The translations under genes and the position numbers were made by a program. DNA of 64,000 nt from Balanoglossus misakiensis (Eukaryota > Animalia > Hemichordata): positions 1,346,831 to 1,410,830 of the forward strand of contig CM082578.2 in NCBI GenBank assembly GCA_040954595.2, read 5' to 3'. Below the pieces are notes generated by a model that saw only the letters and a list, made by a program, of their open reading frames with translations, ran no database searches and was not told the DNA's origin. Positions 14,201 through 25,800 of the stretch are shown here, piece by piece (position 1 is the first letter of the stretch; the number at the start of each line of letters is the position of its first letter).

Positions 14201-15363
14201 TCCGAAGGCTGACAGCGTACATTCTCTCCATCTCCTTCTCCACCCAACATATTCATAAAGTCCGAGAGAGGTACCCGGCAGATCGTAAACCTTTCGTAGA
14301 CAGAGACTTGCAACAAATTTTCCGAGTAACACAAAGTTCTGCGCAAGTACGTTAAGGCCTGTCTCGGCGGAATTTTCATGAATAATTCATAAGGGTAATG
14401 AATATTCATATTACGGTACGCGCATGCGTGGAATGCATGGAAGCCACATTGAGGATAGCGCTCGGAATACGTCTTGACGCATGATGACGCTCACGTCACA
14501 CGTAAACTTCATAGAAATGAACAAAATCTACCGAATGAAAACACTTGAAAAACAGAAGAATCGTTCCGGGGGATGCCCTCTTTTACAAGGCCAACAACTT
14601 GGTTCGATTGCATCAATATCTGACGTTACTGTGATACGATGTTTAGGTAAGTTGAAACTCAATACGGACGCTGTGGTTTATGCAGTGATTGAATAGACCA
14701 TGACCGTGCACAATATGACATCAAAATCGCCCATAACAGAAACAGAAAGTCTCATTTGTGTATCAAACTTCCCGAAAAATTGATTCTTAGGCCATGATAA
14801 AACGTATAGTATTTCCATTCTTGCAAATAAAAATGCTGAAGAAAACACGCCACTCCTTTTATGGTGACAAAACAGGTCAGTATGTTTATTTACATAAGAA
14901 AGGTAAATCACAGTACAGGTCACTAGTTCATTGACAGAATTGACACATTGTTTTGTAAAAGACCAATAGTTACAATTAATCATTCAGTTTTAAAAATTAT
15001 GTACAAATCGATCCTGTATTTTATCAGAGAAAGGGTATTGAAATTGTTTTGTATAGGTTAATATATATTGCATTCAACATAAGACATTCCCTTTTTCATT
15101 GAAATACTTGTCAACCCAATAATTATTAAGTAAAAACATGTTCAAAATGTTTAGTATGGATAGAAAAAAATGACATATACTCTGATTTTGTTGCAATCAA
15201 ACAACAGAGTAAACAGCGTGACCTGTATGTGAAATTTGGACAACGCCATATATTGCAGGTTATACAGAGAATATTGTCTGTCTCTATGAAACATACTACG
15301 TAGTAGTCCATGCCACAAAGATGATCATACACTCTGATGTGTTTCACACAAGTCTATTTGTTG

Positions 15364-15974
15364 TTATTCATAATCAATTCCCCAATGTTGCAGAAACTTT
15401 GCTGCCATTGTTTTTTGTTTGTAGATTCTGTTAATAGGATTTTTCTTATAATCATCTAATGATGGGAGGTCACCATGATTTCGTATACAAAACTCTTTCT
15501 CCCAACCTTTGATGGCATATTTTGCAGTATTAAATGCTTTCAATAATTTGGAGGTTATTCTCACTTTGGCATCTTCATAACAATTTTTGATTTGCTTATT
15601 GGAGAGATTTTCTTTCAACTGACGTCTGTATTTACTGAACACTTGAACTTCACGTGTTCTTCCCAGAATAAATTCTAAATTCTTAACAGTATCTGAATCT
15701 TGAGATTTATTGGCAGGATGAGCAATAGTGTTGCTGTCACTACTACAATCCATCTGCATGTCCTTACTAATATCAGTGTCTCTATTTACAGAGTGTGAAT
15801 CATCATCACAAATACATGTAGGCACATCTGATGCCAGGTAGTCTTCTTGATGAAATTCTATGCAAACACCTTGAATATCAGTACTCTCCACAACACTATC
15901 TTCTTCACAGTCATACACAGGTTGGTCTTGTAATGGATCTGGTGCCTCTTCATTGTTGTCCTCTACAACATTGT
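15364..15974 (-). CDS. Predicted terminal exon 3 of the RAG1-like transposase (acidic linker plus basic helical C-terminal domain)
   Basis: Acceptor ttttatttaatcag|AC completes GAC in phase 1 and is in frame with ORF 15364-15918, ending LQHWGIDYE*. Confidence 0.65.
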
Positions 15975-16097
15975 CTGATTAAATAAAAAAACAATTAACA
16001 TTTCAGTCATGAACAATTTGTCTATTAAGTCTAATTCGTTTAAATTTCTGCATTCATATCATTACACACTAAATGACTTTACATGTTGAATTTACTA

Positions 16098-16488
16098 CCG
16101 TTGTCATTTAAGCACCCCGAAACACTGATAAGAACTCCAATATAATTAGCCAGAGTAAACTGAGATTTTTATGCTGAAGTCGGCATATGGTTACATTTGC
16201 AATGATCATTATGACTGATTACATAGCTCTGTATCAACATGTACCACAGGGGGCATCCTGCTTCAAAACTGACACTGTGTAAAATCTCTTTACAAATGTG
16301 TACACATGTGTTTTAGCCATGTTCGAAGCAGGACACCCCCAGAGTGTGTTGATACAGAACTGCTCTAATCAGTTCTAATGATCAAAACGAACGTAACCAG
16401 ATGCGGACTTCAGCGTAGCAATCTCAGTTTACTCTGGCTAATTATATTGGAGTTCTTATCAGTGTTTCGGGGTGCTTAAATGACAACG
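16098..16488. mobile_element. Palindromic TA-flanked MITE (Tc1/mariner/pogo-type) in intron 2 of the RAG1-like gene
   Basis: ~70-bp perfect inverted arms cgttgtcatttaagcaccccgaaacactgataag..., TA on both sides, weaker pairing internally. Confidence 0.85.
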
Positions 16489-16712
16489 TATTATGACTTG
16501 TTTACATTAAACATACAAATTAACTTTGCCTGTGATATAATTTGAGCACATTAACACAATTGCTGGATTAAAATTGACCAACAAATTGAGTAAATACTAA
16601 TTCTTGCTGACATGGTTTTCATGAAATTTTATGAGCCATATATGATATAAACAATTGTTTTATATGCAAAGTGAAACAGGCTTAGATGTATGTACTTTAA
16701 GCTTGCTCTTAC

Positions 16713-16911
16713 CAGTACTTGAGTTATCTGTAATGTTGATCATACCAATTCTGTCTCCATTTTCACCATACAACTTTATTTTCTTCAGAGGCCAGCTGAA
16801 GTCTTCAGCAACATCTTGGACCTTCTCAAGACATTTCTCCCAACATTCAGTGATGTAATTGCTCACCTTACACATTGTAGTTGAGCGGAAGTGATGGAGT
16901 GGTGGCCCTTC
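16713..16911 (-). CDS. Predicted exon 2 of the RAG1-like transposase (EGPPLHHFRS...CWEKCLEK...)
   Basis: Acceptor ttgttttcag|GAA (phase 0, matches donor AAG|gtatgt) and donor G|gtaaga (phase 1); lies within open frame 16660-16956. Confidence 0.7.
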
Positions 16912-17137
16912 CTGAAAACAATAGTTGGTAGGTATCTGTATGAATACTTTCACCAACCAAACTCTCTCTTTCAGCTTTTCAATTTTGTCTTTGCAAGGTC
17001 AAAGGTTAGATGTCACTGAAAATGCATACATTATGTCATATTTACAAAAACGTTCTAGCGGAGCACTTTCAGAGTCCTGCCAATTATTGCATGCTCTTGT
17101 ACTGGTGAATTACAAAATATTTTCTCAATTGACATAC

Positions 17138-20100
17138 CTTGTGAAAGGTTGGTTCTTCATGACTGTCATGAAATTCCACTCCATTCGCAGTCTCCTTCCA
17201 CCACACTCCCTCACCTGGTAGCATGAAATCTGCTATTCGTTCCAGGTGACTTTGGACAAGTGTTGGTCTCTGTTTCAGCATTTCCTTTCCTAACACTGTG
17301 TTGTGATTAGGGGGTAGTTCCTTGGCAAGCTTCTTAATTTCCCCTTCTTGTTTCTCCAGTGAATCACCATCTGCATTCACCACGTCCTATGCATGCAGTC
17401 TGACAATTGCATTGCCTATAATCCCACCAGGACGCTTTGATGATGTCATCTTGGTGATACGCTTGATTCGATTGAAAATACGTTCTTGGTTTTCAGCATT
17501 TGTTGATCTTAGGCTGACAATTCTCAGTTGTTCAGGGAGATGTACTGTAAGGTTATGAAAATACCTGCCATAAAAACGCCAGTGTGTCATGGTTTTTGGG
17601 GTACCGATAACTTGTTTGCACAGAAATCCATGAAGGAATGCAAGATTGTAGCATCTCAGTACTTGTCTCGGATTTCTGTATTCATCATGTTGATATGCAA
17701 TTTCTGTTAACTCCACCAATGTGTTAACTAGTTGGCCAAGCTCTGCATCCATCTTTCCATTGGTGATCTCACTGTCAATATACTGAGATAGAAGAATGGC
17801 AGCTTTTCTGGCATCTGATCCACGTATTTCGTCTTTGTTGTTGCATGCATGTTTGATAAATTCTTTCATTTCTTTTTTTTCCTCTACATGTGATGGTAAT
17901 TCTTCAAGTAGGTTGGTTATGTGGCCCTTGATATCATGGAGAGGCTCACACTTCAAAACTTCATATCTGTCACAGTTGATTTCCTTTAGTGGTACCTCCT
18001 GGTCTGAGTATAGCAAGGCAGGCACCCGCTTGACACCATGAAGAACATCCTTTAAATTCTCTTGCAGTGCAGGTTTTAACAGCCCATCGGTGTCTTCACC
18101 TCTTTCCTCTAATTCTTCTCTTAGCTCTTTCACAGACAGATTTGCAAATGGGTTTAGCTTTGACTTGTTTTTCTTCCAAACTGCACTATTTTTTGTGACA
18201 AGATTTCGCTTGTCTTCTAATGACAGGGACTTAATTTTGTAGCAGTAGGCAAGGTCATCATGTCTCCTAGAATCTGCACCACACAGGCACTGGTAGTTAC
18301 CACCAATCTGATGGCCTTCTTCAAACTGTTGTGCTGGCCCATCACCATGAAAAAACCTATGGATGTCCTGGTACTGCATGCTTGTTGCTGTTGCCACAGG
18401 TTTTGTTGCTGCCTTTAGGTCTGCTACTCTTGGATCTGTGTAAGCTAGTTGATCTGCCTCATTGCTGTCAGATCTACCCATGATGTACAATTGGGGTTTT
18501 TCAACCAGACTCTGAACATCCAAGTTTATACCATATGCCTCCCTATACTCTTCTCTGGTGAGATATACCGCAGGATCATATATCCAACTGACCATAAATA
18601 CAATGTGTGGATGATTAGCTACACTACTGTGGTCATGCCATACCTTAAAATGCCTTGTTGCTTCCAACATTTTAAGTCTTTCCCTCATCTCTTCCAAAGA
18701 TAGACCATCTTGATACTCATGTATTTCTTTGAGAATGGGGACAATATCTTCTTCTAGTAGATCTTCATAGTTTTCTGCTGTGTTTCTCAGCACTCCAGCA
18801 TCTTCTTGTCGTTTTAGCTCTTCCTCCCTGATCTTTGATAATGCTATCTTTCTCCCATATACAGAGTAACTTTCTTTCTTCAACTCATTGTCTTCATACT
18901 TTCTCACAGTAAACACTCTTGGGGCAATAAGTTCACCAATATCAATTTCACCTTCTAGTATTTTCTGTTTTAGTGTGTTTTGCAGTTTGTTTGCTGACGG
19001 AGTCTGGGGAAGGGGTATTTCTCCTCCAAAACCTCTCTTTTGTTTGCGACGTACTCTTCTCTCATAATCCCGTCCTTGAACTTTCTGATAAACATTAAAT
19101 TTATCAACATCTATACCATGAGACACAGCATAATCCTTCAGTATTTGACCTGCATTTGCTGCAACTTTATTTGGGTCGGATACAGCAGGAACTTTGTACT
19201 TTCTGCCCAGTTCACTCCAGTTTACCCTCTGACCTGCCTTATACTGTGATAATTCATTAATAAAATCTTCTTTATTCCAGGTCCTTGATGTATGGAGTCC
19301 TACATGTTTGCGAGGCGTCCGTTTACCCATGGCTTCCATATCAAGTCGACGGTTTACCCTTTCCTTAGCTGCTGTCCGTGACTCATAACCCTTCACAAGT
19401 CGTTCTCGTTCATAACATGCAAACGAGTTACCGGTACCAATAACACCATATAAATCTGCATCATTCTCACAATATTTTACTTCAACCTCTTTCTTTACTT
19501 TTCTTAATAGTGCTCTTCTCTGCTTTTTAGCTTGAGTTGGACTGATTTTTCTCTGTAGATCTACTTCCTTAACACTTGAAAGTGCAGTGCTCAATTCCAT
19601 GTTATATGTCTTTACAAAGTAAGGATTACATCTTGAATAAAGTTGCTGAGCAGCTGTAATGCCATCTCTCTGTGTGTATTTTGCCTTCTTCTCACTAGCA
19701 CAGTCAGCATCAGCTGAATTGTTGATCAATTCCACAAAAGGTGACCTTACACGCTTACGGTTGTACTTGTTGAGAATATGTACCGCAATATCAATGGTTT
19801 CACATGCATGACAGTTAACTGCTGTATGTACCTTCTGTCGAGATGGAGCCAAATTGTGCCAACTATCATATGAGAAGTACTTCAAGAATGTCATCTTCTG
19901 ACCATCACGATTATAATTTACCCAGTTTGATTTAACACTAAGGGTTTTCTCAAAGAAAGTTATCTTTCTTTGAAATAACGGAAAATTAACTAGCATGCTG
20001 TGGTTCGATTTCACCATACTGCAGTAGGTAGCATACCTGCTCTTCATGGTCAGATTTTGGGAAGGCATCATTTTGGCGCCAATGTTAGCAGTGCAACCCA

Positions 20101-20230
20101 TATCTTGTCCAATTGATGATATTTCATCTCTTGTCTTGCTGATTTCTTTAGTGCTTCTTGCAGCGATTGTCATGAAATAGCTACAGAAACTCATACTGCT
20201 GCTGTGCTGGTCAAATAGTGAACATACCAA
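17138..20230 (-). CDS. RAG1-like transposase, main exon (947-aa ORF 17387-20230, one in-frame TAG at 17387-17389, frame continues to a GT donor at 17137)
   Basis: Motifs in RAG1 order: VWHDHS (D600-like), FHGDGPAQQFEEGHQIGGNYQCLC (D708 + Zn Cys), EPLHDIKGH (cf. DALHCDIGN), RYFHNLTVHLPE (cf. NYFHKTLAHVPE), NAENQERIF (cf. ASEGNESGN, E962). First ATG at 20194. Confidence 0.85.
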
Positions 20231-22053
20231 TGTATAGGCGAAAAAAACTCACAAAATTCACCATCGAGATTTGTGTCAGGCAGTCAAAATTGGCGCCCAG
20301 ATTATCCCAAAGTGCTTTGCGAATAGTCATGACGTCACGAGAAACGCTGGATTTTTGAGAAAATACTTGATTTTCTACAACTATTTTGAAAGAAATCTCT
20401 GACAGAAAATACGAGACTGGCACAACATGATTTAAATCTGTTCAAACTGCATTTATTTCGCATAAAAACTGAGGGAAAGGGGGTCAAACTTACTTCATCG
20501 TGTATAAACTTACCAATTTCGTCAAGAAAATCCAGAATTAAGGAGAAAAAGTCGCAAAAAATCGACGTTTGTTCGAGATACGATAGTTGTTGACAAATTG
20601 TAAGAACAGCTGATTGATGCCGGCTATCCCAGGTATCAACACGATAGAGCACGCGCAGATCGTCGCATTGACGATGCCTTTGAGGTCATGACCTTTGCGA
20701 GAGTTGCGTTGAAGTGAAATGTATAACCGATTTTATTTTCGTAAATTCCAACCGCTAAATCGTTTTATTTCTTAACATTACACCACAGGGTAGTTCAACA
20801 CTAAGTGTTCTTTCAGATATTAGAAGGGACAGTGCGATTTGTGAAAGATTTTGCTTATACAGTACTTCAAATTTTGGAAAGTTTGGACTTTTAACGTATT
20901 TTCTGACATCGCATGTCTTTCACCCGTCATAGCTCTCATATTGTAATGAAATTTGGTATGTCCACAGTGTAAGTCGGTTGAATGGAAGTTGAGGTTTCCA
21001 AAACTACCATAAATACGGGAATAAGACCGTGTTTAGCGGTTAGAATATTTAAATTATTACATATCACATATTTTTACCCAAAATGGCTACGTAGTAGTCA
21101 CGTGACTTGTTATATGCAAATGTTATCGACATCTAAGTGTTGGCCTTACAAATTTCTACCCCTGTGCCAATTTTTTCGCAAATCCCTTGAGTCCTTTTTA
21201 AGAAATGGACTGTCGACTGAAAATGGGCACTACAGCCCATATACCCAGGCCTTAACGTACTTGCGTGGTTTATTACTGGTCACACGTAAGAATTGCACGA
21301 CTCGATCCATGCTCGTTGACTCCTATCACGGATCTCCGGTGATAAACGTGTGATCTCAAATTTCACCACACCTTATTAATACGTCAGTCAAGTATTAAGT
21401 CATAAAAGGAACACGTCATCTTAATATATCTTAAACATGAACTTAGCGCGTGATATCTCTATCTCGTTCTGACATGTATCAATTACACAATCTTGTTTAC
21501 TCTTGGTAAAGTACCTATGTCAATACTGGACTAAAACCATACAAGTGAATGACTTCTTACGTAATCATAGAAAAGATCTATGAGCGTTAAACTCAGTCGT
21601 GACACTTTCCCACTTTTCCAATAATCGAACTTCCACGTTCGATCAAAGAAAGAATGAAAACGAAAACCAAGTCTGCGCTATCGGTTTTAAATACACTACG
21701 CCAAAATCAAACTCAATAATCACCTTTAAAATATCACAGCCTGTTCAAACAAATTAAAGAAAATCGCATAAAACGTTTTCAATGTCAAAATTCAAAGCGA
21801 CTTCACTGTTCTGACTTCTCGTCAAAGAGTGTCTCTTTTCCAGTGAAAAATTCAACAGTCAATAACCGCGTAAAAAATCAAGTCTGATAGTTCTTTTGTA
21901 CAAACAGTCTCTTCACTGCTGTACTAACGGAGCAGGCACATTCCAAAGATGCTCTCGAACACAATAACTGTTCCGGATAATACCGCCAAGTACGGAGCAT
22001 TTCAGAGTGGATCATAATGCAATACAAGCTCGTAATAAACAGTAAAAATGAAT

Positions 22054-22456
22054 TTAATGAATGTTAAAAGATCTTAATTTAATACCACTATCTGATCGCA
22101 GGAGAGAACAGCGGCTTCATCTTATGTACAAAATCGTAAATAACCAAATCGCAACTCCAGCCGAAAGTCATATTAAATTCAACCCACGTACATCCAGTAA
22201 TTCACACTCAAGACCCCTGTTCATACCAATGTGCAAAACAGATACTTACAAAGTTAACACTCCTTCATTCCGCGAACCATTATTGACTGGAACCACTTAC
22301 CTGATAACATTGTAACTAGCACAAACCTAGAGCATTTTAAAGCTGGTCTTTCAGGAATAACTAGTCATCACGACTAAATTCACCTTGCGCACCTGCAGGA
22401 TTACTGAGTTACTCTGCAGTATTATACAGATACAGATATAGATATAGATACAGATA
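22054..22456 (+). mobile_element. 5'-truncated LINE 3' end (CR1/L2/Rex1-like) with (TACAGA)n-like tail
   Basis: LSDRRREQRLHLMYKIVNN...TDTYK, then SF.RTIIDWNHLP after a frameshift. Absent from the paralogous site at ~5600 (aatgaat|acacttc). Confidence 0.85.
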
Positions 22457-22818
22457 CACTTCATCATACTGTCAGGTTCAAAAATAACCACGACACGAAT
22501 TCTTATGTGAAAGGATGCGTAAGACTACAATAAAATCACGCTCAACTTCAACTACACTCTGGGACTTCTCTCTTGTCCCTCGTATGAACTCACATGCCAA
22601 CTCAAAGGGCCATTTTCATACGCCAGACCGTCTCCCTTGCGGTCATTAAAACATCACGACTTCATCACCAGACCGTCTCTCTTGCGGTCATCACAAAAAC
22701 TTCAACAACTCCTCGAAAACCTATTAAACTTCACTACACTGCACGGCATCACTTCAACAAAAGAATACACATTTACAATGTCGAAAACAAGGCAAAAACT
22801 TGGTGGAAAACAATATCT

Positions 22819-25800
22819 AGCTAGTGGCCAGTGTCGTGCCCATCAATTTTGAGTGTTTGGTGGGGTCAACCTTTGCGTCAACATTGATTAACCAGGCCAG
22901 AGCTAGTGGCCAGTGTCGTGCCCATCAATTTTGAGTGTTTGGTGGGGTCAACCCTTGCGTCAACATTGATTAGCCAGGCCAGAGCTAGTGGCCAGTGTCG
23001 TGCCCATCAATTTTGAGTGTTTGGTGGGGTCAACATTTGCGTCAACATTGATTAACCAGGCCATGCAGAGCTAGTGGCCAGTGTCGTGCCCATTAATTTT
23101 GAGTGTTTGGTGGGGTCAACCTTTGCGTCAACATTGATTAGCCAGGCCAGAGCTAGTGGCCAGTGTCGTGCCCATCAATTTTGAGTGTTTGGTGGGATCA
23201 ACCTTTGCGTCAACATTGATTAACCAGGCCATGCAGAGCTAGTGGCCAGTGTCGTGCCCATTAATTTTGAGTGTTTGGTGGGGTCAACCTTTGCGTCAAC
23301 ATTGATTAACCAGGCCATGCAGAGCTAGTGGCCAGTGTCGTGCCCATTAATTTTGAGTGTTTGGTGGGGTCAACCTTTGCGTCAACATTGATTAGCCAGG
23401 CCAGAGCTAGTGGCCAGTGTCGTGCCCATCAATTTTGAGTGTTTGGTGGGGTCAACCTTTGCGTCAACATTGATTAGCCAGGCCAGAGCAAGTGGCCAGT
23501 GTCGTGCCCATCAATTTTGAGTGTTTGGTGGGGTCAACCTTTGCATAAACATTGATTAGCCAGGCCAGAGCTAGTGGCCAGTGTCGTGCCCATCAATTTT
23601 GAGTGTTTGGTGGGGTCAACCTTTGCGTCAACATTGATTAGCCAGGCCAGAGCTAATGGCCAGTGTCGTGCCCATCAATTTTGAGTGTTTGGTGGGGTCA
23701 ACCCTTGCGTCAACACTGATTAACCAGGCCATGCAGAGCTATTGGCAAGTGTCGTGCCCATTAATTTTGAGTGTTTGGTGGGGTCAACCTTTGCGTCAAC
23801 ATTGATTAGCCAGGCCAGAGCTAGTGGCCAGTGTCGTGCCCATCAATTTTGAGTGTTTGGTTGGGTCAACCCTTGCGTCAACATTGATTAGCCAGGCCAG
23901 AGCTAGTGGCCAGTGTCGTGCCCATCAATTTTGAGTGTTTGGTGGGGTCAACCTTTGCGTCAACATTGATTAACCAGGCCATGCAGAGCTAGTGGCCAGT
24001 GTCGTGCCCATCAATTTTGAGTGTTTGGTGGGGTCGACCTTTGCGTCAACATTGATTAACCAGGCCATGCAGAGCTAGTGGCCAGTGTCGTGCCTATTAA
24101 TTTTGAGTGTTTGGTGGGGTCGACCTTTGCGTCAACATTGATTAACCAGGCCATGCAGAGCTAGTGGCCAGTGTCGTGCCCATTAATTTTGAGTGTTTGG
24201 TGGGGTCGACCTTTGCGTCAACATTGATTAACCAGGCCATGCAGAGCTAGTGGCCAGTGTCGTGCCCATTAATTTTGAGTGTTTGGTGGGGTCGACCTTT
24301 GCGTCAACATTGATTAACCAGGCCATGCAGAGCTAGTGGCCAGTGTCGTGCCCATTAATTTTGAGTGTTTGGTGAGGTCGACCTTTGCGTCAACATTGAT
24401 TAGCCAGGCCAGAGCTAGTGGCCAGTGTCGTGCCCATTAATTTTGAGTGTTTGGTGGGGTCGACCTTTGCTTCAACATTGATTAGCCAGGCCAGAGCTAG
24501 TGGCCAGTGTCGAGCCCATCAATTTTGAGTGTTTGGTGGGGTCCACCCTTGCGTCAACATTGATTAGCCAGGCCAGAGCTAGTGGCCAGTGTCGTGCCCA
24601 TCAATTTTGAGTGTTTGGTGGGGTCCACCCTTGCGTCAACATTGATTAGCCAGGCCTGAGCTAGTGGCCAGTGTCGTGCCCATCAATTTTGAGTGTTTGG
24701 TGGGGTCAACCCTTGCGTCAACATTGATTAGCCAGGCCAGAGCTAGTGGCCAGTGTCGTGTCCATCAATTTTGAGTGTTTGGTGGGGTCAACCCTTGCGT
24801 CAACATTGATTAGCCAGGCCAGAGCTAGTGGCCAGTGTCGTGCCCATCAATTTTGAGTGTTTGGTGGGGTCAACCCTTGCGTCAACATTGATTAACCAGG
24901 CCATGCAGAGCTAGTGGCCAGTGTCGTGCCCATTAATTTTGAGTGTTTGGTGGGGTCAACCTTTGCGTCAACATTGATTAACCAGGCCAGAGTTAGTGGC
25001 CAGTGTCGTGCCCATTAATTTTGAGTGTTTGGTGGGGTCAACCTTTGCGTCAACATTGATTAACCAGGCCATGCAGAGCTAGTGGCCAGTGTCGTGCCCA
25101 TGAATTTTGAGTGTTTGGTGGGGTCAACCTTTGCGTCAACATTGATTAACCAGGCCATGCAGAGCTAGTGGCCAGTGTCGTGCCCATTAATTTTGAGTGT
25201 TTGGTGGGGTCAACCTTTGCGTCAACATTGATTAACCAGGCCATGCAGAGCTAGTGGCCAGTGTCGTGCCCATTAATTTTGAGTGTTTGGTGGGGTCAAC
25301 CTTTGCGTCAACATTGATTAGCCAGGCCAGAGCTAGTGGCCAGTGTCGTGCGCATCAATTTTGAGTGTTTGGTGGGGTCAACCCTTGCGTCAACATTGAT
25401 TAACCAGGCCATGCAGAGCTAGTGGCCAGTGTCGTGCCCATTAATTTTGAGTGTTTGGTGGGGTCGACCTTTGCGTCAACATTGATTAGCCAGGCCAGAG
25501 CTAGTGGCCAGTGTCGTGCCCATCAATTTTGAGTGTTTGGTGGGGTCAACCCTTGCGTCAACATTGATTAGCCAGGCCAGAGCTAGTGGCCAGTGTCGTG
25601 CCCATCAATTGTGAGTGTTTGGTGGGGTCAACCCTTGCGTCAACATTGATTAGCCAGGCCAGAGCTAGTGGCCACTGTCGTGCCCATCAATTTTGAGTGT
25701 TTGGTGGGATCAACCCTTGCGTCAACATTGATTAGCCAGGCCAGAGCTAGTGGCCAGTGTCGTGCCCATCAATTTTGAGTGTTTGGTGGGGTCAACCTTT

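Larger units (their letters stand above)
14342..21265 (-). mobile_element. Full-length cut-and-paste DNA transposon (6924 bp) with a RAG1/Transib-like DDE transposase, 20-bp TIRs and 2-bp TG TSD
   Basis: TIR CGCAAGTACGTTAAGGCCTG at 14342-14361 and exact reverse complement at 21246-21265. TG on both flanks (14340-41, 21266-67). Empty site aaagttcTGgtttatt present at ~2234 and ~4812. Confidence 0.93.
14140..21604 (-). mobile_element. 3' LTR copy 3, interrupted by the RAG1-like DNA transposon
   Basis: TGTTACG at 14140 and CGTGACA ending at 21604; colinear with 2034-2580 once 14342-21267 is removed. Confidence 0.65.
11893..22817. repeat. Paralogous copy of the 1-~5960 segment carrying extra insertions
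   Basis: Matches the window start from 11893. Extra ~218 bp at 13309-13526, the 6.9-kb transposon at 14342-21265 and a LINE fragment at ~22054-22456. Truncated by the satellite at 22818. Confidence 0.93.

Noticed and set aside
14342-14400. RSS-like heptamer/nonamer in the TIRs of the RAG1-like element
   Set aside because: Ends start CGCAAGT, not CAC(A/T)(G/A)TG, and no ACAAAAACC-like motif is seen at a fixed spacing at either end.
14362-15363. RAG2-like (kelch/PHD) gene convergent with the RAG1-like gene
   Set aside because: Only short ORFs (about 100 aa or less) with no GG-containing kelch repeats or PHD pattern; the space is too small. The same holds for 20231-21245.
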